From positions 704,001-768,000 of the forward strand of contig CAWGJO010000020.1 of the NCBI GenBank assembly GCA_963822945.1: 64,000 bases of DNA, read 5' to 3'. The position numbers and the translations under genes are program-made. The notes beneath the pieces were generated by a model. That model made no database searches, was not told the origin of the DNA, and was given only the letters and a program-made list of their open reading frames with translations. Shown piece by piece: positions 48,018 through 58,057 of this stretch. Positions within the stretch are counted from its first letter, which is position 1. Every line of letters starts with the position of its first letter. Source of the DNA: an uncultured Gemmatimonadaceae bacterium. GTDB lineage: Bacteria > Gemmatimonadota > Gemmatimonadetes > Gemmatimonadales > Gemmatimonadaceae.

Positions 48018-48911
48018 TTACGACGGGAGCAACGAGGCCGCCCCATGCGAGGCCAGCCAATCGTACGTGAGGGCGAAGACGCGCTCCCTGCCGTAGTCCA
48101 CGGTGATTACGTGTCCGCCTTCGGACACCCACTCCAGTCGCTTGTCGGGGGCGGCGATCCGCGCCAGGGCCCTCGTCGCTACCCCCGGAGCTACGCGGTT
48201 GTCCTGGCGTGACTGGATGATCAACGTCGGCGCCCGGATGCCGCCCAGCGCCCGCGCGGCCGCATCCGCCGTGGCACGCAACGCTCGAACCGCTGCCGGC
48301 GTGAATACGCCGTACGCCAGCCCGCGCGCCTCGGCTGCGGGGTCGCGCACCGACCGGACGTCCTGCGACGGGAAGTAGGGCAGGACCACGCCGATCACGC
48401 GAGACAGGCCCGCTACCAGACGGAGCGCACGCGGGAGTTCCACGTATGGCGCAAGCAGCACAAGCGCCTGCGCGCCGGGGCGCTCGGCGGCGGTGAGCGC
48501 CGCCAGAGCGCCTCCCATGGACAGTCCCACCAGCCCCGTCCACGGCCGGCCGTAGGCCACGGTGTCGTACGCCGCCAGCGCGGCGCCCCGCCAGTCCGAC
48601 GATGTGACTCGCCGGAAGTCCCGTACGCCGCGCCCGTGTCCCGGCAACAGCGGCGCCGATACCGCAAACCCGCGGGCGTGGAGAAATTCCCCGAGCTCCC
48701 GCAGGGTCTGCGGCGTATCCCCAGCCCCGTGCAGCAGCAGCACCGCCGGCGCGCCCGGTCGATCCAGCACGAAGCCTTCCGCCCCTACGACGACCCCCGC
48801 CGCATCCCGCCTTCGCCCGGCGTCCGCGGCCTCCGTCCGGCGAGTGATCGTCCAGCGGACGACAGGTACCACGCTCGCCAGTACCACGAGCGCGATCAAC
48901 GTGGGCAGCAT
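48018..48911 (-). CDS. Alpha/beta hydrolase (carboxylesterase-like) with N-terminal anchor
   Basis: LLLHG, LPGHG, GLSMGG nucleophile elbow, QD..V, GHVIT. Confidence 0.9.
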   Translation of the reverse strand: MLPTLIALVVLASVVPVVRWTITRRTEAADAGRRRDAAGVVVGAEGFVLDRPGAPAVLLLHGAGDTPQTLRELGEFLHARGFAVSAPLLPGHGRGVRDFRRVTSSDWRGAALAAYDTVAYGRPWTGLVGLSMGGALAALTAAERPGAQALVLLAPYVELPRALRLVAGLSRVIGVVLPYFPSQDVRSVRDPAAEARGLAYGVFTPAAVRALRATADAAARALGGIRAPTLIIQSRQDNRVAPGVATRALARIAAPDKRLEWVSEGGHVITVDYGRERVFALTYDWLASHGAASLLPS

Positions 48912-48948
48912 ACGACGACGATGAGCCGGAGCGCCGGACCGAAGCCGC

Positions 48949-51072
48949 TCAGTGCCCCGTAGCCTGACGAGCGGCGTTCAGCGCGGCCGTGGCCGCGTCG
49001 AAGTGCGCGGCGAGATCGGCGATCTCCTGCGCCGTCCGATCCGCGTCCCCGGCCCGCACGGCTTCGTTCACCGACGGAAAGACCATGTTCGCATACCCGT
49101 TGTCCTCGTCGGCCACGTAGATCAGGTTCCGGAACCACGTCCGGTTCTTGAGACCCTGCGGACGCGTGAGCGCACGCTCCACGTTTCGGAGCGCCGCGTT
49201 GGTGCTGGCCAGCACCTCCCGCGACGGCTCACCGGTGAGCAGCGCATCGCGCGCCGAGTCGAACGCCGCTGCTGCTGCCGCAAACCGATCCAGCGATGCC
49301 GCTACCGGCGCCATGGTGAACGACCAGTGTTTGGCCGTAAGGGCCCTGTCGATCGCCGGCAGATACGTCTTCATCGTTCGCGCGAACTCCGCGTAGTCGT
49401 ACGGAACGATGGGGGCGTCGGCGAGCCGCAGCACCATCGCGGCGCCGATTCGGCCGGCCGCGGCGTGATACTTGAATCCGGGATCACCGAACTTCGACAT
49501 CCACGTGAAGTCGTCGTACTGCGAGTGGTACACGCCCCCCGGGCCTCCGAATCCCCACTCGGCGATCGGAATGCCCAGATGGTTGTAGAATCCGGCGAAG
49601 TCCGACCCGCCGCCCGGATCGCCCATCGCCGGCTCGGCGGTATCGGCGACGCCCGCCGCCCGCCGCCACTGTTCGTATACGCTTCCCTTGCCGTTCGGAT
49701 CGGGAACTTCGCGAGCCACGTCCCGCAGAGTCGAGCGCAGCGACGGCGATCCGCCGCCGCCGAATGCCACCCCCTGCGCCGCCACGTCCTGATTGAGATA
49801 CGCCACCGCGCCGTGCAGGAGTCGGAGCGAATCGTCCTCCACGTACTCCGTCGACCCGATCAGCCCCCACTCCTCGGCGTCCCAGGTGGCGAAGACGATC
49901 GTGCGCAACGGGCGATGCCCACGCTTCACTTCGTCGGCCACGGCCCGCGCCGCCTCGAGCACGCTCACCGTTCCGCTCACGTTGTCGGCGGTGCCGGGCC
50001 CCCACGCATCGCGATGTCCGCCGATGATCACCATCTCATCGGGGAACTCACTCCCGCGCACGATGCCGAACGTGTCGTAGATCTTCTTGTAACCCCTGGT
50101 CGCGCGGTCGTCGCGCACTTCCACCCGGGCGCGAACGGGCCCCGGCCCCACGTGATAACGGAACGGGAGCCCACCCTGCCACGACTGCTGTGGAATCGTC
50201 GCGCCACGCAGGTCGCGCAGTAACAGCGCCGCATTGCCGTAGCTGATCGGAATCACCGGAATGTGCGGCACGTCCATCTGATCGAGCGGCAGCCGCTTGG
50301 CGCCGGCCACGCTCGGATAGCCGGGCGTCGACGGATCGCCATCCACATTGAGGATGCTCCCGCGCTGCACGCCGGTGGACGCGCGCATCGGTCCGTCCGG
50401 ATACACATCGCCGCGCACGTAGCCGTCGTCCTGCGGATCGCTGTAGATGATCAGCGCGATGGCGCCATGCTTCTCCGCTTCGCGTGCCTTGATCCCGCGA
50501 AAGCTGCGTCCGTATCGCGCAACCGCGATCCGGCCCTTCACCGAGACCCCGATCGAGTCGAGGTGCGCGTAATCCTCGATCAGTCCGTAGTTCACGTACA
50601 CCACGTCGCCGGTCACATCGCCGACGCCGCTGTATCCGTTCACCGTGGGGTACTGGGGAAGCGCCGACGTGGGATCGCCGGGCACCGGCGGCTCCGCGAG
50701 GTGCAGCTCCTTGGCGCCCTGGTCCACACGCCACAGGTGCACCGCCGTCGGGATCGGCATCCAGACCGTGTAGGTCCGCGTCTCCGTGTCGAGCCCCCAC
50801 TTCTTCATCTGCGCGATCACGTAGTCGCGGGTCCGTGCCTGTGCCGGAGTGCCGGACACGTGAATCTCACGGGACAGGTACTTGGAGTGGGCCTCGGCGC
50901 TGGCCGGTGAGGGCACGGCGATGGCGCTCGCCTCGAGCGCACGCTCGCGTTGGGCCGACGTGGCCGTGTAGCCGGACATTTGCTGCGCGGCGGCCGGGAG
51001 TGGGAGCAGGAGGAGGGAACTGACAAGGAAACGCCGAATCGTCACGGAGAACTCGCGGAAAATGGTATCCAC
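48949..51072 (-). CDS. M28 peptidase, glutamate carboxypeptidase II / transferrin-receptor-like
   Basis: Signal peptide, PA domain (YVNYG, IIYSDP), GGHRDAW, ADN.SG, WDAEEWG, GGSD, YHS.YD, TfR dimerisation tail; start may be GTG 51045. Confidence 0.92.
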   Translation of the reverse strand: MDTIFREFSVTIRRFLVSSLLLLPLPAAAQQMSGYTATSAQRERALEASAIAVPSPASAEAHSKYLSREIHVSGTPAQARTRDYVIAQMKKWGLDTETRTYTVWMPIPTAVHLWRVDQGAKELHLAEPPVPGDPTSALPQYPTVNGYSGVGDVTGDVVYVNYGLIEDYAHLDSIGVSVKGRIAVARYGRSFRGIKAREAEKHGAIALIIYSDPQDDGYVRGDVYPDGPMRASTGVQRGSILNVDGDPSTPGYPSVAGAKRLPLDQMDVPHIPVIPISYGNAALLLRDLRGATIPQQSWQGGLPFRYHVGPGPVRARVEVRDDRATRGYKKIYDTFGIVRGSEFPDEMVIIGGHRDAWGPGTADNVSGTVSVLEAARAVADEVKRGHRPLRTIVFATWDAEEWGLIGSTEYVEDDSLRLLHGAVAYLNQDVAAQGVAFGGGGSPSLRSTLRDVAREVPDPNGKGSVYEQWRRAAGVADTAEPAMGDPGGGSDFAGFYNHLGIPIAEWGFGGPGGVYHSQYDDFTWMSKFGDPGFKYHAAAGRIGAAMVLRLADAPIVPYDYAEFARTMKTYLPAIDRALTAKHWSFTMAPVAASLDRFAAAAAAFDSARDALLTGEPSREVLASTNAALRNVERALTRPQGLKNRTWFRNLIYVADEDNGYANMVFPSVNEAVRAGDADRTAQEIADLAAHFDAATAALNAARQATGH

Positions 51073-51153
51073 GAATTAAGCCGTCCCTCGTCCTCGGGCA
51101 ATGGCTGCGCACGGAACCCCCGTGCCGTCAACCCGGTGTCCGCCCCTTCCGTC

Positions 51154-52410
51154 TCAGGCCACCCGGCGTTCGGTGGCGAAGACCATCGCCACGATCAACC
51201 CTCCCAGGAGCACCACCAGCCCGGCCAGTCGCCCGCGCCCCGGCGTCGAGGGCCCGAGTACATCGGGCCCGTAGGTGTGCTGAGCCCATCGCCGGAGCCA
51301 CTCGCCCAGTGGCTCGTCCGTGGCCCGCGCGAAGGCCTCCGCGGGTGTGCCGCTGGCCGTCCAGAACGTTTCGAACCGCTGCCGCCCGAAGTCCCGCACC
51401 ATGTCGGAGAGAATCCAACCCGTGGTCGGGCCGAGGCCCGGCGTCGACATCATCTGTCCGGAGTACCACCACGCCCCCACGTCGATCACGTTGGCGCGCC
51501 AGCTCCGGTCCTGTGCCATGGCGAATGCCGGTTGCATCAGACCGGACACGCAGCGGGTCGTATCCCCGCTCACGCACGCAATTCCGTCGTCGGAAAGCTG
51601 GTTCCGCATTTGCCAGGCCGGGCTCTGGAATCCGGTAAAATCCACCAGGGGTCGTCGAATCCTGTACCGTACGTAGTAGTCGTCGTGCCAGACTGGGGAA
51701 TCCCGGTTCCAGTCGATGGCCTGACCGGCGTTCCACCCGGTTTGCGCCAGCCAGTGCGCGATACCCGTTCCGGGTTGCCCGAACGTCGCATACATGGCGC
51801 AGGGTCCGAGGATCGTCCGCCCCGTGTACGGCGTGACCAGTTGCTGCATCACGATCCTACGCGTGTAGTTCACCGCATCGTTCGCGCGCCGGTGGCTCAG
51901 GGCCACGCGAACGCGTGCCAGGACGCGGCAGACCGACGTCGTGGTGTCCGGCGGGAACACTGCTGCCCCGACGTAATGCGTCATCCCCATCGGAAGCCCT
52001 TCGAACTTCGTCGTCGTGTCTTCGACCAGTGCCACGATGGTCGGAAACCGATCGCCCGGATGGTATGCATCCCACGCAGCTTTCAGCACGCGAGTCATGG
52101 CGAGGCGGACGGAGTCGGGAAGCTGGCGATCAACGATCACCTGCAACTCGGGCTTGGCCTCCGCGAGCAGGCGGGGAGTGAAGACCGAGTCGCGGAGTTC
52201 GAGGAGTCGCAGATGGAGCGTGGCCTGTCCCAGCCGCGCAGCAGCATCGGGCCATCCGTACCGTCGCACATAGCCGTAGAACGGGAGAAACCGCCGCGCG
52301 GCGGCGCTCCGGGTTGGCGGCGCCGAATTTCCGGCTGGCAGCTGCCATACGGCAATCGCCGCGCACACCAACACCGCGACCAGCAACCAGCGTCTTGGCG
52401 TCAACGCCAT
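51154..52410 (-). CDS. Membrane-anchored hypothetical protein, last gene of the GntR/ABC operon
   Basis: N- and C-terminal hydrophobic segments; start overlaps the upstream stop. Confidence 0.7.
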   Translation of the reverse strand: MALTPRRWLLVAVLVCAAIAVWQLPAGNSAPPTRSAAARRFLPFYGYVRRYGWPDAAARLGQATLHLRLLELRDSVFTPRLLAEAKPELQVIVDRQLPDSVRLAMTRVLKAAWDAYHPGDRFPTIVALVEDTTTKFEGLPMGMTHYVGAAVFPPDTTTSVCRVLARVRVALSHRRANDAVNYTRRIVMQQLVTPYTGRTILGPCAMYATFGQPGTGIAHWLAQTGWNAGQAIDWNRDSPVWHDDYYVRYRIRRPLVDFTGFQSPAWQMRNQLSDDGIACVSGDTTRCVSGLMQPAFAMAQDRSWRANVIDVGAWWYSGQMMSTPGLGPTTGWILSDMVRDFGRQRFETFWTASGTPAEAFARATDEPLGEWLRRWAQHTYGPDVLGPSTPGRGRLAGLVVLLGGLIVAMVFATERRVA

Positions 52411-53522
52411 CGCGAACTCCCCAGCGCCAGCGCGCCGCAGGTCGTGACCCAGAACAGCGACATGAACGCAAGTCCCGGCGTCATGGTCGTGTGCGGTGCT
52501 TCCGTCGTGAGCACTGTGGCGCGCCAGCGGCGCACGAGCGAGTCGGTCGAGAGGCCCGAAGCCGCGCGCAGCTGGGCGTCGACGTCGCGGGATGCCGACT
52601 GCATCTGCGAGAAGCTCGCCGGGCCGCCGATCGTCATCGCCAGCCTCGCCAGGCTCTGGCGCGAAGCAGGCCCGAGCGGCGCGGAGAGCTGATTTGGCGG
52701 AATGAGGCTTCCCAGGGCCAGACACGCGGAATCATCATTGTGCGCGAGACACTGCGCGAATTCGCCGGGCCGGGCCCGTCGTATCTGATACCGGTCACGG
52801 TAGAGGATCTCCCGTCGTTCCGATGCGTTGAACCACTCCCGAAACGGATCGGCGGTTTCCGAGACACCCAGAGCCCGTTCGCAGGCGGGGATGTCGCCAT
52901 CGTAGCACTCCCGTGACGCTTGAAACGGTGAGGTCACCAGATCGATCCGAACCCCCGCCCACAGGTCGGCGTCCGCGGGTTCCACGGGGATCGCATTGCT
53001 CAGCCATCGGCCAAACGCGCTCCCCAATCGGTCCGTCAACACCTGCGACCCGCGCATGGCCAGGGACCGACCGACGGCCTCGACCGTCGGCTCCGTTTCG
53101 TCCAGGCGCACCATCCTTCCGGAACTGCTCACTTCCCCGATGTCCACCATGGGGTGGCCGGGTATCGGCGGCTTCGAGCGTCGTAGCGTGAACGCGTGTT
53201 GCTTCAGGTCGTCGATGCTGTTCCCGAATCGGTCCCGCAGCGCAGCGACCGCTCGAGCCGCGGAGCGGTCGGCGAGATCCTGAAGTCCGGTATCCGCCAG
53301 AATGGTGAGTGCGTCGACCCTCACGGTGTCGTGCGGTAACGCTCGAGACTGCAGGGAATCAGCGCGACGCGCGGCCGCCGTGACGGATCTCCAGATCGGC
53401 ACGAGCGCGCGCACCCGCGCGCGGTACTCCGCCTGTGTCTGGGCGCACAGGGGATGCGCGGCAGCCAAGAGGAGCAGCGACACCCACAGCGGAGTTACCC
53501 TGCCCAGGCGTCCGTTATACAT
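52401..53522 (-). CDS. Exported, C-terminally anchored hypothetical protein
   Basis: Signal peptide, CxxxDxxxC-like motifs, C-terminal TM. Confidence 0.7.
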   Translation of the reverse strand: MYNGRLGRVTPLWVSLLLLAAAHPLCAQTQAEYRARVRALVPIWRSVTAAARRADSLQSRALPHDTVRVDALTILADTGLQDLADRSAARAVAALRDRFGNSIDDLKQHAFTLRRSKPPIPGHPMVDIGEVSSSGRMVRLDETEPTVEAVGRSLAMRGSQVLTDRLGSAFGRWLSNAIPVEPADADLWAGVRIDLVTSPFQASRECYDGDIPACERALGVSETADPFREWFNASERREILYRDRYQIRRARPGEFAQCLAHNDDSACLALGSLIPPNQLSAPLGPASRQSLARLAMTIGGPASFSQMQSASRDVDAQLRAASGLSTDSLVRRWRATVLTTEAPHTTMTPGLAFMSLFWVTTCGALALGSSRWR

Positions 53523-54162
53523 CGATGAGTGTCCAACGCCCGCTGAATACCGACAGAATCCCCGGGTACACCATCAGGAAGTCCACGGCATGCGCCCCGA
53601 TGTTGAGATGCAGGCCCATCGCGTCGGTCAGGAACTCCGAAACCAGGACCACGCAGATCGCGCCCAGTACATAGCCGGCCGCGCGGACCGATGCGGCGGA
53701 GATCGCGAAGAAGATGGAAAAGGCCACGAGAGTCGCGAATCCGAACCGCAGGGTGAGCGCGAGAGGGTAGGCGTGCAACCCCTGGGGGACGACGCCACCT
53801 CCGCTCGTGGCGAGCGTCGCCCCGATGGCCAGCGCGACTACCATCGGAAGGAGGAACAACACACCGGCGACGAATCGCATCAGCACGTAATGCCAGCGCG
53901 CCACGGGCAGCGAGAGCGCATACACGTGGTGGCCCCGATGATCGGACGCCCAGGCGAGCCAGGCGACCACGAGCCCTGCCGTTCCCGCCAGAACCGCGTA
54001 GCCGACCCCCCATGTCTGCATGTTGCCGATCAGCGCGCGTGGCGATGTTTCGCCGCGATTCGAGTTGATCGACATCAACGGCAGGGCAAACGCCGCCAGC
54101 ACGCCCAGCAGTACGGCGAGCCGCGTCCATTTCCACTGCGTCCTGAGCATTACGCTGAACAT
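53515..54162 (-). CDS. ABC-2-type permease-like membrane protein
   Basis: GGAGGAGG RBS; several TM helices; YALSLPVAR motif; follows the ABC ATPase. Confidence 0.75.
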   Translation of the reverse strand: MFSVMLRTQWKWTRLAVLLGVLAAFALPLMSINSNRGETSPRALIGNMQTWGVGYAVLAGTAGLVVAWLAWASDHRGHHVYALSLPVARWHYVLMRFVAGVLFLLPMVVALAIGATLATSGGGVVPQGLHAYPLALTLRFGFATLVAFSIFFAISAASVRAAGYVLGAICVVLVSEFLTDAMGLHLNIGAHAVDFLMVYPGILSVFSGRWTLIDV

Positions 54163-54175
54163 CGATTCCTCCTCC

Positions 54176-55069
54176 CTATCGCGTTTCGCGGAATGACCGC
54201 AGCAATTCCACGAACCCGTCTTCCAGGTCGAGATCCACCACATCGGTGATCGCGACACCGATCGACTCGGCGCGGCCGCGCATATCCGGTTCCCACCCGC
54301 GGACCAGCCACTGTTCCGTGGCGCCGTTGGCCGCCCCGCGGCTGAGCACCGTGAACGGCATGTCGGTCAGCAGGGCCGGCGCGCCAGTCACGTGCAGCCG
54401 TTTGATGCCGTCCTTGAATTCACGCATCGGCAACTCTGCCACGAGCCCTCCGCGGTCCATCACGCCGATCCAGTCGCAGATGCGTTCCAGTTCGTGCACC
54501 AGGTGGCTGGATATCAACACGGTGGCGTCATGGTCCGAGACGTAGGCCAACAACGCTTCGAGCACATCTCGGCGCACCACGGGATCGAGACCATCGGTGG
54601 GTTCATCGAGCAGCAGCAACTCCGGCTCCTGCGCCAGGGCCAGGAGCATCATGAGCTTTCCGGTCTCTCCCTTGGACAGCGACGCCACGCGCTGGTCGCC
54701 GCTGAGCCGAAACTGTTGCTGGAGTTCACCCGCCCACCGTGCGTTCCAGCGCCGGTGGAATCCCGCATGCAACGCCATCGATTCCGCCACGGTCAGCGAC
54801 GGATGGATGTGAGGCCGGTCCGGCACGTAGCCCACCCGTGCGAGAACGTTTACGTACGACGCCGGCATCGGTTGGCCCAGCACGGTGATTCGCCCGCCCG
54901 CCGGTTTCAACAGACCGAGCAACAACCGGATCGTCGTCGTCTTTCCCGCCCCGTTCGGCCCCAGGAATCCGTAGATCGATCCTGCAGGTACGTGGAGGTT
55001 CAACTCCGACAGCGTGAAGTTCTTGCCCGCCCGATAACGCAGATGCTCCGTTTCGACCGCGAACGTCAT
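54176..55069 (-). CDS. ABC transporter ATP-binding protein (YtrB-like)
   Basis: GPNGAGKTT, LSKGE, LLLDEPTDGLD, SSH. Confidence 0.95.
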   Translation of the reverse strand: MTFAVETEHLRYRAGKNFTLSELNLHVPAGSIYGFLGPNGAGKTTTIRLLLGLLKPAGGRITVLGQPMPASYVNVLARVGYVPDRPHIHPSLTVAESMALHAGFHRRWNARWAGELQQQFRLSGDQRVASLSKGETGKLMMLLALAQEPELLLLDEPTDGLDPVVRRDVLEALLAYVSDHDATVLISSHLVHELERICDWIGVMDRGGLVAELPMREFKDGIKRLHVTGAPALLTDMPFTVLSRGAANGATEQWLVRGWEPDMRGRAESIGVAITDVVDLDLEDGFVELLRSFRETR

Positions 55070-55446
55070 CGACCGCCTCCATTCAGCTCATGGGCCAGCG
55101 CGTCACGGAGATCCTCCGCCGAAACGCCCAGCCGACGGGCGTCCCGCACCAGATCGCGAATCAGCCGGCGGGCGGCGCTCTGACGCTCTCGCGACCGCCG
55201 CTCCATCGCCACATCCTGCACGAACGTCCCCGCGCCGTGGCGTGTGGCCACGAACCCGTCGTGCTCCAATTCCCGGTACGCCTGGACCACGGTGGCCGGG
55301 TTCACCCGCAGCTCCGCCGACAACTGCCGCACCGAGGGCAGCGCGTCGCCGTGGGCGAGCTCGCCGGACGCGATCGCCAACCGTACGTGATCGGCGATCT
55401 GGGCATACAGCGGCACGGGGCTTCGAGGGTCGAGACGCTCGAACAT
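55066..55446 (-). CDS. GntR family regulator, YtrA subfamily
   Basis: PLYAQI, LPSVRQL...L.VNP.TV..AY.ELE, GTFV; short C-terminus; followed by an ABC ATPase. Confidence 0.92.
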   Translation of the reverse strand: MFERLDPRSPVPLYAQIADHVRLAIASGELAHGDALPSVRQLSAELRVNPATVVQAYRELEHDGFVATRHGAGTFVQDVAMERRSRERQSAARRLIRDLVRDARRLGVSAEDLRDALAHELNGGGR

Positions 55447-55460
55447 GATTCTCCAGACAA

Positions 55461-55507
55461 GTGTATCGTTGTAGCAACACAGTAGGACGGCCGGATCAGT
55501 TCGTCAA
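55461..55507 (-). promoter_or_regulatory. Promoter of the gntR-ABC operon with overlapping YtrA-type operator
   Basis: Minus strand TTGACG (55507-55502), 17 bp, TACTGT (55484-55479); imperfect palindrome GTGTATCG-N6-CAACACAG at 55461-55482. Confidence 0.65.
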
Positions 55508-55538
55508 CCCCGGCGGCAGCATGTGGTGCAGAACACAA

Positions 55539-55564
55539 GAAGGCCGGCTCGGGGGCCGGCCTTC
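55539..55564 (-). terminator. Terminator after the argCBDA operon
   Basis: 10-bp stem GAAGGCCGGC / GCCGGCCTTC. Confidence 0.6.
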
Positions 55565-55587
55565 GTATCTCACGTTCCGACAACACC

Positions 55588-56082
55588 CTATGCCGCGATG
55601 TGCAGGGCCTCGACTCGGAGGTTCTTCGCAAAGCAGTACTCGTCGCACGCAAACCGGCGGGCGCAGGCCAGGCAGTCCCGCCGGATCTTCTCTGGATAGC
55701 GGGCCCGGTCCACCTGCGCGTAGCCACACGCCGCGAAGAACTTGGGCTGCAGCGTGAGCGCGAAGACGTCGTAGATGTCGCGCTTCATCGCCAGTTGCTC
55801 GACCGCCCCGACGATGAGCCGCCCCAGCCCCTGGCCGTGTGCGTCCCGGGAGACCGCGATGGCCGCGACTTCAGCGACCGATGGCGAGTACTCCTTGAGC
55901 GCGCCGCATCCCACCAGTGTTCCCGCGCCATTCACGGCTACCACGAAGTCGTCGATCGCCAGCGCAACCATGGCTGGTGTACGGCGCAACATCAGCATCT
56001 CGTCGGCGAACTGGTTGTTCAGCCGTGAGATCGCCTCTGCTTCGTCGGGTCCCGCCGCACGAATGGTGACGCAGTCGGACAT
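55588..56082 (-). CDS. argA: Short GNAT-type amino-acid N-acetyltransferase (N-acetylglutamate synthase)
   Basis: MLRR, VGCGAL, AEV..IAV, GQGLGR, FALT, PEKI..DC..C.....CDE; TGATG overlap with argD. Confidence 0.75.
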   Translation of the reverse strand: MSDCVTIRAAGPDEAEAISRLNNQFADEMLMLRRTPAMVALAIDDFVVAVNGAGTLVGCGALKEYSPSVAEVAAIAVSRDAHGQGLGRLIVGAVEQLAMKRDIYDVFALTLQPKFFAACGYAQVDRARYPEKIRRDCLACARRFACDEYCFAKNLRVEALHIAA

Positions 56083-57296
56083 CAGAGAACGCTTTCCAGA
56101 ACCGCCAGGCCCTCGGCCAACTCGTCCCTGGTCGCGACCAGCGGCGGCAGCAACCGCACGGTGTACTCGCCGGCCGTGCACACGAGCAGCCCCGCCGCCA
56201 TGGCCTCGCTCACGACGTGCGCCGCCGTGCCCATGATGTCCATCCCCCACATGAATCCCACGCCGCGGACGCCGCGAATCCGGCCCGTCCGCTGGGCAAT
56301 CTCCTGGAGTTGTTCCCCCAACCAGGCACCCGTTTCGCGCACGTGCGCCAGCAACGCGGGATCCGACAGTCGGTCCACCACGTACGACGCAACCGATGCC
56401 ACGAACGGCCCGCCACCGAATGTCGTGCCGTGATCGCCCGGTTTGATGGCGGCCGCGATGGCGTCGGTCATCAGCACGGCGCCCATGGGCAACCCGCCCG
56501 CGAGCGGTTTGGCAATGGTCAGGATGTCGGGCTCGATGCCCGCCTGCTCGTAGGCGAAGAACGTGCCCGTGCGCCCCAGCCCGCACTGGATCTCGTCCAG
56601 AATCAATGCCGCGTTCCGCTCCCTTGTGAGGGCTCGTAGCTCGCGAAGAAATCCGTGGTCGAGCACCCGCACCCCTCCCTCGCCCTGGACCGGCTCCGCG
56701 ATCACCGCCGCTCCCGTTGCCTCGTCGAGCGCCGCTGCCACGTCGTTCAGGTCCCGCTCGACGATCGAGATCCCGCCGGCCAGGGGGCGGAAGGGCAGCC
56801 GGTACGCCGGGCGGTCGGTGGCCGCCAACGATCCGAACAACCGGCCGTGAAATGCCCCGCGCAACGCCACGATGTGCGCCTTGTCGTCGTTGATCGTCCG
56901 GGCCCAGCGTCTGGCGAATTTGAACGCGGCTTCGTTGGCTTCGCCCCCCGAATTGCAGAAGAACACCTGCGACGCAAACGAGTGATCCACCAGCTGCTGG
57001 GCCAACGTCTCGCCGGGCGCGGTGTGATACAGATTCGACGTATGCACCAGGCCGTCCGACGCCGCGTGCAGCGCCGATCGTAGCCCGGCGTCTCCGTAGC
57101 CCAGCGCGTTGACCGCGATGCCGCTCACGAAGTCCAGGTACCGTTTCCCGTCGCGATCGAACAGATACACGCCCTCGCCGCGCACGAGCTCCATGGGAGG
57201 ACGCTTGTAGGTGCCGAGAATCGGATCGTGCGCGGGCGTGGCCGCGCCTCCTGGTGTCGCGGGTCCAGCCGCCGCCGTCGTCGTGGTCGAATTCAC
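56082..57296 (-). CDS. argD: Acetylornithine aminotransferase
   Basis: DFVSGIAVNALG, NSGGEANEAA, FHGR, EPVQGEGG, DEIQCGLGRTG, AKPLAGG, HGTTFGG. Confidence 0.93.
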   Translation of the reverse strand: MNSTTTTAAAGPATPGGAATPAHDPILGTYKRPPMELVRGEGVYLFDRDGKRYLDFVSGIAVNALGYGDAGLRSALHAASDGLVHTSNLYHTAPGETLAQQLVDHSFASQVFFCNSGGEANEAAFKFARRWARTINDDKAHIVALRGAFHGRLFGSLAATDRPAYRLPFRPLAGGISIVERDLNDVAAALDEATGAAVIAEPVQGEGGVRVLDHGFLRELRALTRERNAALILDEIQCGLGRTGTFFAYEQAGIEPDILTIAKPLAGGLPMGAVLMTDAIAAAIKPGDHGTTFGGGPFVASVASYVVDRLSDPALLAHVRETGAWLGEQLQEIAQRTGRIRGVRGVGFMWGMDIMGTAAHVVSEAMAAGLLVCTAGEYTVRLLPPLVATRDELAEGLAVLESVL

Positions 57297-58057
57297 ACCG
57301 CCTCCCCCGTGGTCGTGATCGCCGTGCCGCGCGTCGCGTCGGCCAGCATCGATAGGTCGCCAACGCGTACCCTCTGCACCCCACCGCGCAGTGCCGTCAG
57401 CGCGGCATTCACCTTGGCGGCCATCCCGCCAATCGCCGTCTTTCGTCGGACCAGGTCACGCGCCGCATCCGCACCCACCTCGGCCAGGGTCCGCTCGCCC
57501 TCGAGGATTCCCGGAACGTCGGAGATGAGCAGCAATTCGGTGGCCCCGAGGGCCGCCGCCACCGCCGCCGCCGCGTCGTCGGCGTTGACGTTCAGCGCCG
57601 GGCCGAGTTCGAGCGCGACGTTGCGGCTCACCGGCGAGATCACCGGCAGATAGCCACCGTCGAGCAGATGTCGCAGGAGCGACACGTTGACGCGCTGGAC
57701 TTCGCCGACGTGGCCCAACCGTTCCGGATCGACGGGGATCGCGGCGATGAGCGAAGCATCCTCGCCCGAGAGTCCGAGCGCGCGTACGCCTTCGTGCACC
57801 AGCGCCGAGACGAGCCGCTTGTTGGCGCTGCCCGACAGGCCCATGCGCACGATCTCCATGTCGCGAGCCGAGGTGACCCGCCGGCCATCGACGAATTCCG
57901 AAGTCAGACCGAACGCATCCTGAAGCGCCGTCACCTCGTCCCCTCCGCCGTGCACCAGCACCAGGGACCGCGCTTCCGGATCCCAGACTTCGGCAATCCG
58001 CGCCGCCACGGCGGGGTCGCTCTGCACTCGTCCGCCCACCTTCACCACACGCGTCAC
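57293..58057 (-). CDS. argB: Acetylglutamate kinase
   Basis: VVKVGG, VHGGG, DGRRVT, NVNAD, SDVPG, GGM..K. Confidence 0.93.
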   Translation of the reverse strand: MTRVVKVGGRVQSDPAVAARIAEVWDPEARSLVLVHGGGDEVTALQDAFGLTSEFVDGRRVTSARDMEIVRMGLSGSANKRLVSALVHEGVRALGLSGEDASLIAAIPVDPERLGHVGEVQRVNVSLLRHLLDGGYLPVISPVSRNVALELGPALNVNADDAAAAVAAALGATELLLISDVPGILEGERTLAEVGADAARDLVRRKTAIGGMAAKVNAALTALRGGVQRVRVGDLSMLADATRGTAITTTGEAV

